Below are positions 11,467 through 25,800 of a DNA stretch of 64,000 nucleotides, piece by piece (the stretch's first letter is position 1; each line of letters begins with the position of its first letter). The stretch is from positions 60,973 to 124,972 of the forward strand of contig PS015014.1 of assembly GCA_048213135.1 (NCBI GenBank), given 5' to 3'. Below the pieces are notes generated by a model. It ran no database searches, was not told where the DNA came from, and saw only the letters and a list, made by a program, of their open reading frames with translations. Source of the stretch: Reclinomonas americana ATCC 50394. Lineage: Eukaryota. A program made the translations under genes and the position numbers.

Positions 11467-14224
11467 TTACTGGAGACCACTGCACGGAGAGGTGTTCTGT
11501 GTGTGGGTGAGACATGCGAATGTGAGTGAGAGGGAAGTCGTCACGCGAAAAGCTCGTGTCAACAAACCTGAACTTGGACGGTGCCGGTGACTGTGACTTG
11601 CTTGGCCTGCACCAATGGTGTGGTCAATATCGCGTGTGTGGAGAGGAAGCGTGGCGACACAAAGTAAAAAGAACCCATGGCCACGAACCACAAATGTACA
11701 ACTTGGAGCACACCAGCCGGCACCGCCATCTGTGGCCTGCGATCCAGACACAGTCGAGTGCGACACGTTGATCGAGCCGTACTGGTCGCAGTAGAATGTG
11801 CCGCCGTGGCCACGTGAACCGCCGAGGGCGATTGCGCGGTTGTTGATGAAGACGCAGCTGTCAAATGCCGCATCTACATTGTCGCCGATGTACACGGCAC
11901 CGCCGTCGACATTGCTGCCGCCGTTAGAACTGAACCTGTGTGGATGGACATGGAGAGAGAGAAGAGAGAGTTAATGCGCAAGAGCACAGTGTTGTTGAGT
12001 GTTGCATCAATGGACGAACGTGGACTTGGTGACGACGATGCGGCCCTGTGGATTTGACGGACCATACGCCCAGAGAGCAGACGACGTGGTGTTGAAGAAC
12101 TGCAAGGTGAAAATAAGAAGTCAACGGAAAAGCCACGAAGATGAGAGGGTGCATGCAAGGCGATAAACGGTGCGTACCTGGGCGTTGTTCAGGTTGATGT
12201 AGAATCCGCTGTGGAAGCATGCGCGCATCATCCGTGAATATGGCAGCACGTCGCAAGGAGCACGCAAATTAAACACACAAAACTACTCACTTGTGCCGAG
12301 ACGCGACTGACACACCGTTGGAGAGATTTTCAAAGGTGAGACTGCATGCGCAGGGTCGACAGCATTAATGCGTGTGAGAACAATACGGGAGAAGGTGGAG
12401 ACAGGGAATGCACAGACGTGTCAGCTTGGAACTCCGAGTATCCGGCGGCCACTGACACACTTAAGCCAATGCGACCGCCGGTGAAGCTGCAGAGGACATA
12501 AAAGACAGAGATGTAAACAACTGGCACTTGTAAAACATCGCGAGTCCGAAGGCAACAGCGGAACTTCACTCGTGACGCCAGAATCGACGTTTTGGGTGGC
12601 GGGTTGACGCCTGTTTGCAATCAAGATACTCAGCACACCAGAGAGGGAGGGAGGGAGGGAGGAAAGAGGGTGGCAAAACGCGACTGTAAGGGAACTCAAT
12701 GGCTTTGCCATTGTTGACAAAGTTGACGTCGGTCAGAGTCAATGCGCAGCCATTGCCCACGGCCAGACCGGTGTCGTTGTTCCAGAAGGCGCACTTGTTG
12801 AAATTCACAGTGGTGGCAGTGGCAGTCACAGCACCGAAACCGCTGTTGAACGGGCTATCGTGGTGCACCAGAGAAAATAATCCCCAGTGAGAAGACGCAC
12901 ACGCGAAGCTTGACACGCAGCGCTTGAGGTACGCAACAAGTCCGCAAAGCCAACGCCGATAAACTTTTGCAAGGATGCAGAAGAGGGTGAACAAAAAATA
13001 GCACCACCATGGGCGACACGCACGCACGCAGTGGCCTCACCGACACATCCACAGATTGATCAAACGTGAAGCCGAGAATATCTGTGCGCAACAAGGAGAG
13101 TGGGCCAGCCAGTCACGACCACTATTGTTCCGAGTCGCCGCATCACGACACAGCGTACCAAACCGGCCCTGGCGCGGCGCATTGCACACAGTGAGGATGC
13201 AACGTCAGAGTGGCAACATACTCTCATCAACAGCTACGCAACCTGGCCCGAAAAGTACGCCTGACTCGGCGAATTCACTGCGTGTGTCTTGCAGTGAGTG
13301 AATGGACATGCATCGTCGCAAATGCCGGAAGATACGAACCCGATGAATCCGCGACAATGTTGACGGACTTGGAGATGCCTGTGTGCAGGCGCGTGTCACT
13401 CTCACTCACTCAACAGATGCGACACACGCACACACACACGCACACACACACGCAACGAGGGAAGTTGATGGAGCCCGTGTACACGCCCGGCAACACAAAC
13501 ACGGAGCCGCCTGGGTTCACTGACGCGATGCCCTTGCTGACAGTGAGGTACGGTGACGCGTATGTACCACTGCCAGTGGTGTCACTGCCAAAGGGGCCGA
13601 TCCTGTGCGTGTGCGTGTGTGACGTGTTACGTGTTGTCACATGATNNNNNNNNNNNNNNNNNNNNNNNNNNNNNNNNNNNNNNNNNNNNNNNNNNNNNNN
13701 NNNNNNNNNNNNNNNNNNNNNNNNNNNNNNNNNNNNNNNNNNNNNNNNNNNNNNNNNNNNNNNNNNNNNNNNNNNNNNNNNNNNNNNNNNNNNNNNNNNN
13801 NNNNNNNNNNNNNNNNNNNNNNNNNNNNNNNNNNNNNNNNNNNNNNNNNNNNNNNNNNNNNNNNNNNNNNNNNNNNNNNNNNNNNNNNNNNNNNNNNNNN
13901 NNNNNNNNNNNNNNNNNNNNNNNNNNNNNNNNNNNNNNNNNNNNNNNNNNNNNNNNNNNNNNNNNNNNNNNNNNNNNNNNNNNNNNNNNNNNNNNNNNNN
14001 NNNNNNNNNNNNNNNNNNNNNNNNNNNNNNNNNNNNNNNNNNNNNNNNNNNNNNNNNNNNNNNNNNNNNNNNNNNNNNNNNNNNNNNNNNNNNNNNNNNN
14101 NNNNNGGTGGTCAGTGCTACCACTGCGCAGTCACCAACCAGACAGTGTTGGTCGACTGAGCATGGACGACAGTGCATAGAAGTGCCAGTGCAACAGTGAC
14201 GACGACGGTGAGGCGCGGTGACAT
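11467..14224 (-). CDS. Secreted right-handed beta-helix protein, copy 2 (tandem paralog; gap in first intron)
   Basis: Same exon structure and motifs as 8446-10834; ends QNTSPCSGLQ*. Confidence 0.75.
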
Positions 14225-14304
14225 GGCGTTGACGTGAGATCGTCGGAGAAAAAGGAGGTGCGTGGTGCAGGACGCTGCGATCTAATGTTTGTTCGGTGCA
14301 TTCT

Positions 14305-17300
14305 TCACCCATTGTTCTGCGCCTGCCACATGGAGGCGTAGATGCCATTCGGATGCCGTAGCAGCTCGCTGTGAGTGCCACGCTCCGCAATCGAACCGTC
14401 CTTCAGCACAAGAATCTGCGACGGATTGGTGAGTGGCAAACATGACAGAAGTGGACGTTCGCTATTGTGTGGTGGTGGTGGTGGTGGTGATGGTGGTGGT
14501 GGTGGTGATGGTGGCGGTGGTGGTGGTGGGTGGCACGCAACTTGATCAGCACCGGCAATGGTGGCCAGACGATGCGCAATCACGATACTGGTGCGTCCGC
14601 TGGCCAGCGCAGCAATCGACTCTTGGATTTCGCGCTCCGTGGCAGTGTCCAGCGACGATGTGGCCTCTGCAGTAATGGTGAACGAGGGGGGCTACGGATG
14701 GAGAGCGGCAGCACGAGGAAGCACGAGTCGCAAACCGTCGAACAGCACTACGCGACTGTCCTTCAGGAAGCACCTCGCAATGCCGATGCGTTGTTTCTCT
14801 GCTCATACATTCACAACAGTCAGGCATGACGACGGTGAGAACCTCAACGCCCCCCACACACTCTCGCACCACCGCCGGAGAGGCGGAGTCCACGTTCGCC
14901 CACCAGCATCTGATATCCCTCCTCTAGTCGATCCACAAAGTCATGAACGTGCGCCAACTTGGCGGCACGTATCACCTGCACCAAAACAGCACACTCTCAG
15001 CTTACAGGATTGCAGTGGCAACCCATATGTACTGGTTGCCAACCTCGTCGTGTGTGGCTCCCACACGTCCGTACGCTCTGCGCGCATCACACTGCTCTCA
15101 CACCGAGCACAGAAACTGCAATCGCGTACAACAGCAACACTCACATGTTGTACTCGACACTGTCGTGCAGCAGCGAGGTATCCTGCGGCACGATACCAAG
15201 CTGCCTTCGCAGTGAGTGCTGAGTGACGGACCGCACGTCTTGTCCATCGATCATGATTGCTCCACCGTCCACCTAATTGTGCAGCGTGAACTCGCTGCTC
15301 CGTGTCTCCATGGATGCACACAACGCAACATCAAAGTGCCGGAATAGTAGCTTGCCGATGGTGCTCTTGCCGGCTCCAGAAGGCCTGCACGTAAGCATGC
15401 ATCGGTCATACCCGCACTGCAATCACATTCTTTCTAGCAGCATACCCGACAATGGCCGTCTGCTTGCCGGCCTCGCACACAAAGGAAACGTTGCGGAGAA
15501 CGGCAGGCCCATGAGCATATTGGAAACTAGCGGAAAATCACCACGTGAGAACGGGAACACTCGATGTAGACTTTTCAATCTCATCACACCTGACATTGGC
15601 GAATTCTACTCGACCCTTCTCGACCTGGAGACACGTCGCGTCACTCGCATCGACAATGTCACACGGCTGCACGGCACACAGTGCCACTCTCGGTGAGTGC
15701 TTGCCTCTGCGCGACCTCACTCGCTGAAGCAGCTCACCGTATCCTGCAGCGCAAACATTGGTTCCATGTCGGTGAGCGCATCCTTTGTCATCCTGTGTGC
15801 GTGTTTGCGCATATCATGAGCGACAGACACCCTTTGCAATCAGACATGCTATCGCAACTGATACGAATTTGCCAGCTCGCCGAGTGGTGCAAACACCAGC
15901 TTCAAGTACGTTTCACACAGCACCAAATCGCCGACACTGAAAGAGCCTGCGGCAATCCATGCGTGAGTACCACCGCACATGCCACGACACAGTGTATGCA
16001 TGGTATGGCATCCACCTTCGAAAACTCGCCGCGCGGCCACCAGCAACACAATGACCTGCACGACTCATCAACATGCTGGTCAGTGCATCATCAGTCCACT
16101 GCATCGAAGAGAACACGCACATTGCCGAGACCAACGATAAATGCTGCGCGTGGTTCCGCGAAAGCAAATCAGCAAAACATCAACTCCCTGGAATTCCTAT
16201 CGAGCAGGCGCAACTCTGTGTCAGCGCCAACGGTGCGGAGCTCGCCGTGGCCACCACACTGCCGTGAGCAAACTGCTTCATGGCCTCTGCGTATCGCTCC
16301 TCCTCAACACTGAGAGAGAAAGAGTGAGAGAGAGATGACCACGCAAGGCATCGCTCCACCACGAACCGCTCATTGGCCATGTATTTGACTGTCTCGATCT
16401 GCATGAGAGGCAGGCAAGTGAGAGTGACGTCAGAAGAGGAGCAGATCTCGTGTCAGACGCGAACATTGAGCAGGCCGTCCATGGCGAGAGCCACAGCATT
16501 CGCCGCGTGACCGTCGCGGTACCGTCGAAACTGTCACTGCGCACTCAGCCTGCGCGCGCTCAGACACACAGTGACACGCACACATCGCAAACCTTGGAGC
16601 GCCACTCCGATATCAGCAGCGTGGCGCCAATGTATGCCACGCTGCTAGCCAGAATCACCAGAAAGATGAGCCAGTCGTACTGTGTGCGCACATCAACACC
16701 CTCCAGTCAGCCACATGCGGTGACGCATTCCCCCGACAACACGAAACAAACCGTGGTCAACACCACACCACAGCAGGCGACGATTTCCAGCAGCGTCGGC
16801 AGCGTGCGCAAAAAGGCATGATCGAATACCGTACTCATGCCCGCCGTACCTGCGGCAGTCGACGGCATGGTAAGCAAGACCAATGACCTGCCAGCAGGCC
16901 CGCCAACCCACCTGTTTCCATGGCTCGCAAAGTCTGACGAGACGCGAGTGAGTGCATGGCACACCTTCGAGCATGCGGCTCGCACGCAACTTGAGCCGTC
17001 TTGCGGTGAACGTGAAAGGCCAACGAGAGCGACTGGATGTGTGCCAGTGTGGACACCGACGCCGTCGTGATCCCATGCATTTGCACCTGCAGCGTCAAGG
17101 CAAGTCAGCACTCTTCTGCGTCGCGTACGCAACCCGCGCACAGTACCACGCAGCATTGATGAACAGCGAGTTGCGCAGATCAGTCAGCGCCTGTCGCACA
17201 AACTGACCGACGGCGACATACACGATCAGCATCGTCGTGCGCTCCCTCAGTGACGACGACTCGTCGCCAAGAACGACGGCCTGTGGCAACGGTGCAGCAG

Positions 17301-17674
17301 TCGCCCCAGAAAGTAGGTCGACCACAGACTTGAGGGCTAGCGGCGTCAGCACCGACACCAACTTGGCGAGCAGCGTGCAAATGACCGCCAAGACAAGTCT
17401 GATCAGCATCATCATTATCGTTATCCTGCTTGGCCTCTCTCTCTCCCTCTCAATGTGTGTGAAGGGCGCCACTTAATGCGCAACTGACATCGAATCCACC
17501 AGTGATCGCGTGGCCACAGATACGCAAGCACACGAAGCAGGCTGGGAATGAATCGGTACGGCTGAACAGAGGTGTGTGAGCGAAGACTCCCCCACTCTGC
17601 AACGAGGCATACACACACACTCTCAGTGCCTTTAATGCCGCTCTGCCGACGCCGGCACCGTCAGTTGGCGCCAT
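14305..17674 (-). CDS. ABCB half-transporter (ATM1/HMT1/ABCB6-like), paralog B
   Basis: TMD ([22 protein letters not shown]); Walker [10 protein letters not shown]; signature [38 protein letters not shown]. Confidence 0.88.
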
Positions 17675-17782
17675 GCGACGAGAAATAAAAACGCGACAAA
17701 TCCGTGGGACAACTTCGCTGTGCACCCCTTCTCACCACCCTTCCCTCCCTTGTTGGCGAACATAAAAGTGTCTACTACATTC

Positions 17783-20700
17783 TTAGTTGTCTGCGGATAG
17801 CGACGACTGGCTGGCACTATGGACCGACGCCTCGTCCGTCTGCGTCTGCTTCCGCCACATTTCCGAGTACAACCCATCCTCCAACTGCAGTAACTCATTG
17901 TGCGTGCCACACTCGGCGATTCGCCCGTCCTTCAGCACCAGGATCTATGCGTGCGCCACTCAGTACCACAAACCGCGACAAGTCACCTCTCTCACGCTGC
18001 AGCAAGCGCACGCGACAAACCTTGTGGGCGTTCGCAATCGTGGCCAGTCGATGAGCGATCACGATGGAGGTTCGACCGCGGGCCAGTGCCGTCATCGAGC
18101 CCTGGATGGCCAGCTCGGTGGCGGAATCCAGCGATGAGGTGGCCTCTGTGTACAACGTAAGCAAGAGAGCACGCGAATTGTGGGAGGGTGTCATCGGCGG
18201 ACGACACTGACCGTCGAACACCATGATGGGACTATCCTTCAGGAAGCACCGCGCGAGCGCAACGCGTTGCTTCTCGCCACCAGAGAGACGGAGACCACGC
18301 TCACCGACCTTGGTTTCATACTTTTCCGACAGGCCTAATGTACACACGTGTGAGGCAAGCGAGGCAACAACGACACAGCGTGTAAGCATTCACCATCAAT
18401 GAAATCGTGAATCGCCGCCTGCTGCGCCACATACTCGACCTCCTCGTCTGTGGCATCGCGCTACGAGAGGGCGAGTAGTAGTGAGGAAATGTGGCATTGG
18501 GAGAACTGCATACAACTATGGACGAGAGAACCTTGGCGTACGAGATGTTGTACTTGATCGTGTCGTTGAACAACACTGTACAGAGAGCATGCAATGAGCG
18601 CGCATTCAAGTGGAGCGAACGAGGCAGTGCGACGACGCACCAGTATCCTGTGGAACCATGCCGATGCTTTCACGCACTGATGCCTGCGTGCACAGCGCAA
18701 TGTCTTGCCCGTCGATGAGGATGCGACCGCCGAGGACGTCGTACAGGCGGAAGAGTAGTTTCGAGATACTGCGAGGTAGGAGTCAGCTCATCCACGAACG
18801 TCCAACGAAGGAAGATCATGCGCCACGCGACGCAACGTGCTCTTTCCGGCTCCCGATGAGCCGACAATGGCCACCGTTTGGCCGGGCTCACACGAGAATG
18901 TCACATCGTAAAGAATCGGTCGCCCATCGGAATACATGAAAGTGACGTGATCGAACTCGACTCGGCCCTCCGTGACGTGCAGCGGTTGGGCGCCAATGAC
19001 GTCGGTCACCGTGCGTGGCTGTGCCGCGCACACAAGAACAGAGGAGGAGGCCAGCGAGTGAGTCGATATGTGCGGGACGGAGTGAGTGCTCCAAGAAAGA
19101 CTGACCTCGTCCAGCAAGTCGATCATGTCTTCCAGATCTGCGGTAGCAGTACGTTTTCGTAAGGAGGGGAACATGCATGATGCAGGGTCGACAAGATTAC
19201 CAATCAAGCTGTTCTTGGTCATGCGGTACGTCGTGCCGAGGAAGTTGAGTGGCTGCACACCAAACAGTGAGTCAGTGCGGCAATCCAAGCACACGCCAGT
19301 GCGCAAGCAACTCACCGAATACAGTTGTGCCAAATATGCTGCAAATCAACAACAAGAGTTGGCTGACGTGCTGAAGAACCAATCGAGAACAAGGAGAACG
19401 CAACTCTGAACCAGCACCACGTCGCCGACCGATTGCTCGCCTGCGCCGTGATAAGGAAACAACAGAGGTGCACAACTCTTCGACACCACCAACGAACCGT
19501 AGACCACACGATACGCCGACAGCATGACAATCGACACTGTTCCCACACCCATGATGAGTGCCTGCGTGACGTTGAGGAAGGCCAGCGAGCTCGTGCTGCG
19601 CGAATTCGCGACGCCGTACTCCTCCATCGCCTTGTCATACCGGCCAACTTCAGCACTGCATTGGAGAGAGAGCATCAGTTTCACAGTCCCTGTCACCGCC
19701 TCCACCACAGTGACGCACGCTTCCTGCGAAAAGATCTTGACCGTCTCTGCGAGAGCGCTATCCTTTAGCATCGACAGCGGAAAAACGCACGAATCACGAT
19801 TGTACACGCACCATAGTTGAGCAGCGAGTCCGTAGCGATTTGATTCGCCTGCATATACGCACATGAGAATGACGATACCGGTCACCTTGAAAGCAGTGGA
19901 CGGCTTACCCGGTTGTTGGCGTCATTCAGCGATCTGCAGCAGAGGGGGCGGTCATGCTAGATGCACAGTAACGACAGAGACAAGGAGATGAAACGAACCG
20001 TCGGAATTTGGTTCTCCAGTCGGTGAGGGCCGTCTGGCGGTAGAGTACAGTGAGACGAGAGTGGGTTCACTTCATCTTCACAACACATACGCAACTGTGG
20101 CCCAGGCGTACGAAGAAATAGTGACAATGACAATAATCGCAAAGATCCAGTCGTACCGCGTCAATAGCACAATGCACACCAACAAGATCTCCAGCACCTG
20201 CACACGAGAGGCCATGCAGGTGAGAAGAAAGTGAGCAAGGCAGAATTCGGTAGGAGAGCGCACCAAGGGAACAATCGAGAACAACAGGAAGCTGAAGATT
20301 ACTCTGCAGAGGGATGTAAGCACGGCAGTGACTCTCCGCACACGAGAGAACACAAACGCACGCACCCAATGGCCGACGTGCCACGATCCATGCTTCTCAG
20401 CACTGCAGAAAGAACATGAAAGCAAAAGAAATGAGCGAGGTGTTGAAGACGGTGGCCCATTGGATTTCGTGTGCAAGACCTTGGCCAGTTTTTCTGTGCG
20501 ATCAAAGAGTCAGTGAGAGACATTACGCTGCGAGCCACGCATGGCATCACTCGAAATCACGCACCGCTTCACGTGAAACGACACGGACAGCGATTGCAAG
20601 TGGCTGAAGGTTCGCGTCGATGCCGTGCGAAGAGCGTTTGTCGATACCTGCACAACGCAGTCAGCACAGCGCGCCAACAGGGACTGGCAAAGGTACAAGC

Positions 20701-21799
20701 ACACAACTGCCACAAAGACACTGTCGCGCAGGTTGGAGAATGCATCGATGCTGAAACGCCCAATGCCCATGAACAGAACGGCCCACAGCGGGAACGTTGG
20801 CGGCTCCTCCGACAGGCTGTCGATGACGGCCTTGTAGGCGAACGGAGTGAGGATGCTCGTCACTTTCGAACCGATCAGGCACATGAACGAGATGACGACT
20901 CTGTGATGAACACACACGATATGAGCCCAATATCACGAGTTTTCAGCGGCGGTCAGCTGCTGACCGAAGGCGCAAACCCCAGCGCCCCGCCGGCCACATG
21001 AGCGGCAGCAGGGATTTGATGTAGTACCAGTGCGAGTGCTTCCTCTGCAGACGCGCGTACACGTCAGTTGTGAGCGACAACAAAAAAAACGCGCGCGCAG
21101 CTCATGTGCACATGAAGAAAGCACCTTTTTCTTCTCCTCTTCCGCGGGCTTCTTGCCGGAAGGCGACTTGGCCGCCGTCGGTGTACCCGCCGCCGTGCTG
21201 GCCACCTCCACGTCGCCTAGAGTGGACGCCGAGGCACCGGCACGAGCCGGGCGCACCTGCACCACCGCCGACTGTGATCGCGGCAATGCATCCGACGCCG
21301 GCGGCAGCGGAATGTTTCGGAACGACGACCCGCGCGGCGCCACCGGCAGCATAGCGCGCGCCTGGTCGTGCGACCAGTGCCGCGAGTGACCCCCACGTCC
21401 GCGTGCCGCTCGCGTGTGCATGGTCGCCACTGGATCACGTGCAAGCGCCGCCGGCACTGCATCGTCATCACCGCCATCATCTGCTGGCCCCGTCGCCGCC
21501 ACATCCCCCTGCTCCACAGTGCGCCGCACGGCCAGGTCGCTTGCTCGCGTGACCCACGAAGGCTGTCGCAGAGGGCCCGCCGGTGGCCCACTGGCGGCCG
21601 CGGGCACCATCAGTGGCGGAGGTCGTGCACCACGTCCCGCCACATTCGGAAAGGTTGGTGGCAGCCTCATGTGTGGTGCTTGCGGCACAGCCAGTGCACC
21701 AGGGCGAGGCACCGGTACTGCACGCAGTGGTGGTGACGACGAGGGCGGCGGCAGTGCATTCTGTGCGTCCTCGTCGAGACGTGCATAGCGCTCGCTCAT
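17783..21799 (-). CDS. ABCB half-transporter (ATM1/HMT1/ABCB6-like), paralog A, with long Pro/Ala-rich N-terminal extension
   Basis: [106 protein letters not shown]. The start codon is the least certain part. Confidence 0.9.
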
Positions 21800-21928
21800 G
21801 ATCGCGCGCGAGACTGAGAGCAATGCTCTTTCGTGCGGAGGACGTCGGACCCGGAGGCTTCCGTACACGTTCATTCATTGATAGTGATGTGCATCCCGGC
21901 CGCCGCTTCTTCGCCCTCTCTACGCCGC

Positions 21929-22700
21929 TCATGGCTTGACTCTGCATCGCAAAATCTTGACCTCGTCCACTGGCCGATCCTGCGCGTCTGTGGTCACCAA
22001 ACCCTGCAGACAGCAGCAGCAGCAGCAAATGCACGAGTGTGAGTGAGTCCCCTCTCAGTGCTGCAGAAGACACTCCAACGCAGAGACCAATCGTTGCACA
22101 TTGCTCATGCCAGAGCTCACGCGTCCAAAGATCGTGTGCTTGCCGTCCAACCACGGAGTCGGTGCCTGCTCGCCCACCCGTCACTCACAGAGTACGCACA
22201 GTGCACGAGACAGCGAGAGAGAGACAGACCAGTGTGATAAAGAACTGCGATCCGTTTGTGTTGGCGCCGGCGTTGGCCATGCTGAGAATGCCTGCGCCTG
22301 TGTGCTTCAACGTGGGCGTGGTCTCGTCCTCAAAGTGCGCGCCATAGATGCTCTCGCCTCCGCGCCCTGTGCCAGTGGGGTCGCCGCCTTGTGCGATAAA
22401 GTCCTTGATTACGCGATGAAAGATGGTGTCGTTGTAGTAGCCGCGCTTGGCCAGCTCTGCAAAGTTCTTGCAGGCTTTGGGTGCCTCCTCGTAGTACAAC
22501 TCCACCTGCAGCGGGAGGAGTGAGGCACACACGCACAAAGGGGGAGAGAGACTGTGTGTGGCTCACCTCAACGGGACCCACAGTTGTCTCCAGCCTGCGT
22601 GTGTGCGTGCGTGTGTGAGAGAGATGCATTGTTGGTGAAGTGTGTGTGTGTGAGAGAGACGCAACACGACGTGTGTGTAGCCGCAGTACTCGTCTGTCAT
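21929..22700 (-). CDS. PPIL1: Cyclophilin-type peptidyl-prolyl isomerase (PPIL1-like)
   Basis: [101 protein letters not shown]. Confidence 0.9.
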
Positions 22701-22811
22701 TGCAAAAAAAGTCAAGCAAAGGTCGACATCGACTTTGAGTCATTTTTTGTTTCGCGTATACGCGCAGGCAATTTCTGACACACATCCTCTCCCTCTTCTC
22801 GTACGAGTGAG

Positions 22812-25800
22812 ATGGGGCAGTCGCTAAGCAACGCCGAGACCTTCTCGACCTCCGTGTCGGACTCGGGTGCGTTCACGTGACATGTCGGGGTCGTTGTTCC
22901 TCCGCAACTCACGCTTTCGTTTGATGCCATGCTGTGATCTCTCTGCCCCGTGCGTGCGTGTGTGTGTGTGTGTGTGTGTGAATGCAGAGGCCGGTGATCT
23001 GCTGTCGTTGCCATTGGAGCACCTGCTGGATCGTCGGTTTGTGCTGCTGAAGGCCGCCGAGGATGAGAGCCGTCGCTTGACTCTGCATCCCGTTGCGGAC
23101 GAGTCGGCCGACAAGTTGCGTGTACATACACACACACGCACGCGCGCGCCACACAGTGTCTCTTGTGTGTGGCATCGGTGATCAATGCATTGCTGACTGC
23201 TTGCTTGTTCGGATAAATCTTTGTGCTGCAGATCGTCGTCGGCAGTCTCGCGAACAGTGGAGCTGACGCGCCTGTTGCGTCAGGCGGCTCTGGAGCAGAG
23301 CCAGCGGTTCGAGACGGCGGGCTTGCTGTCGGAGGCGTCGACTGGTGCCTCGGCGACGGGAGCAGCGCCGGCATCAGCAACTGCGGCCGCGGCCACAGCG
23401 ACCGCCGCCTCGGCGACAGCGGAGGATGCGATTGGTGGTGGAGTGGATCGCTCGTCGCTGCAATTGTGCGCCATTGCCAATGCTGACATGCGCGAGTCGT
23501 TTGAGACTCTGGCCGAGCAACGTGCGGCCATTCTGCTGCGCGTGCATCAGGCCCTGCAGCAGCAGCACAAGCGCGTCAAGTCCAGTGATCGTCGCCGACG
23601 CCCGCCCAAGGCCGACACGTCGCCTGTGCTACGTCTCGGCATCATGTCGTTCAGTCGCATGATGTTCGCCATGCTGCGCCGTCTCAGTGTGGTCGAACCG
23701 TCCGAATGCGCCGAGGTGCTTGCCTTGCTGCGCGAGGAGGTGGGTCTGCTGGAACCCATGGCCCTCACGCCCGAACGCACGGGCGGCGTGGCCGATGTGG
23801 CGTTGGATTCGACCGCCAACTTTTTGTACTCGCTTGCCGCACGCCCCGACGGTGACGCCTACGGCCGCATGTGCCTGGAGATGCTCATCTCCGTTGGTGT
23901 CGCTCGTGGAGTTGCGTCGTCACTCGCACTCGTGTGTGTGTGTGTGTGCGACACGCTCACAATGCGCCCTGTGTGTGTGTGTGTGTGTGTGCACGCGCAG
24001 TCGGTCCGCTATCTGTTGAACGCGATGAAGTTGCTGGCCTCTGCTGATTTGCCCGCCACCCGCGAGCGATTGATGGTGGCGCAGACGCTGCGCAACATGG
24101 CATTCGTGCAGCGTGTGTGTCACCTGGTCCCACCGACCGGCGCTCTGATTGGTGGTTGCGTCAAGAGAAGGGGGAAAGCGCCTCTCCTTTTCTTTGTTTG
24201 ATTCGAGCTTCTCAACATCGCTGTCTGCAGGCAAATTTCCATGGGAGGCCATGCAGCAGATTCGCCCCAGCCCGCTGTCGCTGATGCAGGGAACCACCAC
24301 CACGTACCTGTCCATGACAGTCGACGGTGCCGGTCACATGTACTTGCACAGTGCCAGTGGTCTGTGGAAAGTCGGAACTGGTTCGTGTATTGATAACTCC
24401 TCTGTATCGCTTTGTGTTCATTATGGGCCTCACCTACTTCTCCGTTCGCAGGCTATCAGGGGACGATGCAGTCGCGAGTGTACGCCTCCAATTCCGAGTT
24501 CCGCCCTCGTGAGACTGGACATTTGCTGTTTGTGGGCAACATGCTGCTGTACCGTTCGGGAGCGATTTCGCCGGCAGTGTTTATTGTGGTGGACACCACC
24601 ACGCTGCGAGTTGCGTTTGTTTGGAGAGAACTGTAAGAGGGTTTTTAACTCATCAACTGAAAAAAATGTGCGTGCGACGCTGCAGGAAGTGGGCACCATT
24701 TTGCGTGACGGCACCGGCACTGTGCGCACGGCAGACAACTCGAGCATTGCGGCATTTGCGGCGCAGTTTGAGCCGAAGAAGCGCAAGCGCGTGAAGAAGG
24801 AAGTCGATCTGCAGGCGCAAGCGGTGCAGACCTTGCAAGCGCAACAGATGATGCAGCAGGCGCCGACGCGGGGTTTGTTCAGCAGCACCACTGCCCCAAT
24901 GTTCAGCACCACGCCAACACTCTCGGCGGGAACTGGCTTCTCATTTGGTGGTGTGTTGTTCGCCTCAAGCGTTGCGTTTGGGATGATGACCAAACATCGC
25001 TGCGGTTGCGCAGGTGCTGCAGCACCTGGTGGCTTCGGTTTTGGCGGGCCCATCGCCATGCAGGCGGCGACGAAGAAAGTGAAGGATGATTCTGAGTTTG
25101 GTGCAGAGTCGTCCAAGGCTACCGAAGCCGAAGACGATGCCCAGGAGGATAAAGAGGGCGCGGAGAGTGGGGATGACTCTGATGACGCGGGCAGCCAGGA
25201 TGGAGGCGAGTGTTTCGTGCGCATGTACATCAGTGGCAGGGTGTAACGTTTCGAGCACGCAGAGTCGAGGGGTGCGAGAAGTGTGCCAGCCGCGGACGAG
25301 GAAGTCGATCCGGATCAAGAATTCCTCCCCTATGTCGCGTTCGCGACAGACGGTCGCAACGTCGTCTCGGTCACAGTGGTTACACCCACCGACAAGAAGG
25401 TGTGTGTGTCATTTCGCCCAGTTACACTCCTGCATCACCGCTCAACCACTGCGCGTGCGATCGCGCAAAACAGGGAACCGATGACGACGCACGCTCCACC
25501 CAAGTCGTGTGTGACGTTTTCGACGCCGCCAACGGCTTCCGACACACCAAGAATGTGGTGCTTCGTGGTCCCCAGTACTGTTGCGCATCTCGCTTGCTTG
25601 CTTGCTCAGCAGTGGTGCGTGTGAATGTGTGTCTGTACTAAGCGTGCGTCCGTTTCGCAGCTTTCAGCACCAAGACCGNNNNNNNNNNNNNNNNNNNNNN
25701 NNNNNNNNNCGCGCGTGCAGGTGCAGAGCTGCATCACACCGCGCAATCCCAAGGTGCTCAATTTCAGTGGACCCTTCACGGTCGAGATGTGGATCCGTGC

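Larger units (their letters stand above)
8375..14600. repeat. Diverged direct tandem duplication; units ~8375-11228 and ~11390-14600
   Basis: Both units begin attcacgtaaaa..gagggg and share exon and intron sequence through the ABC terminal exons. Confidence 0.85.
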
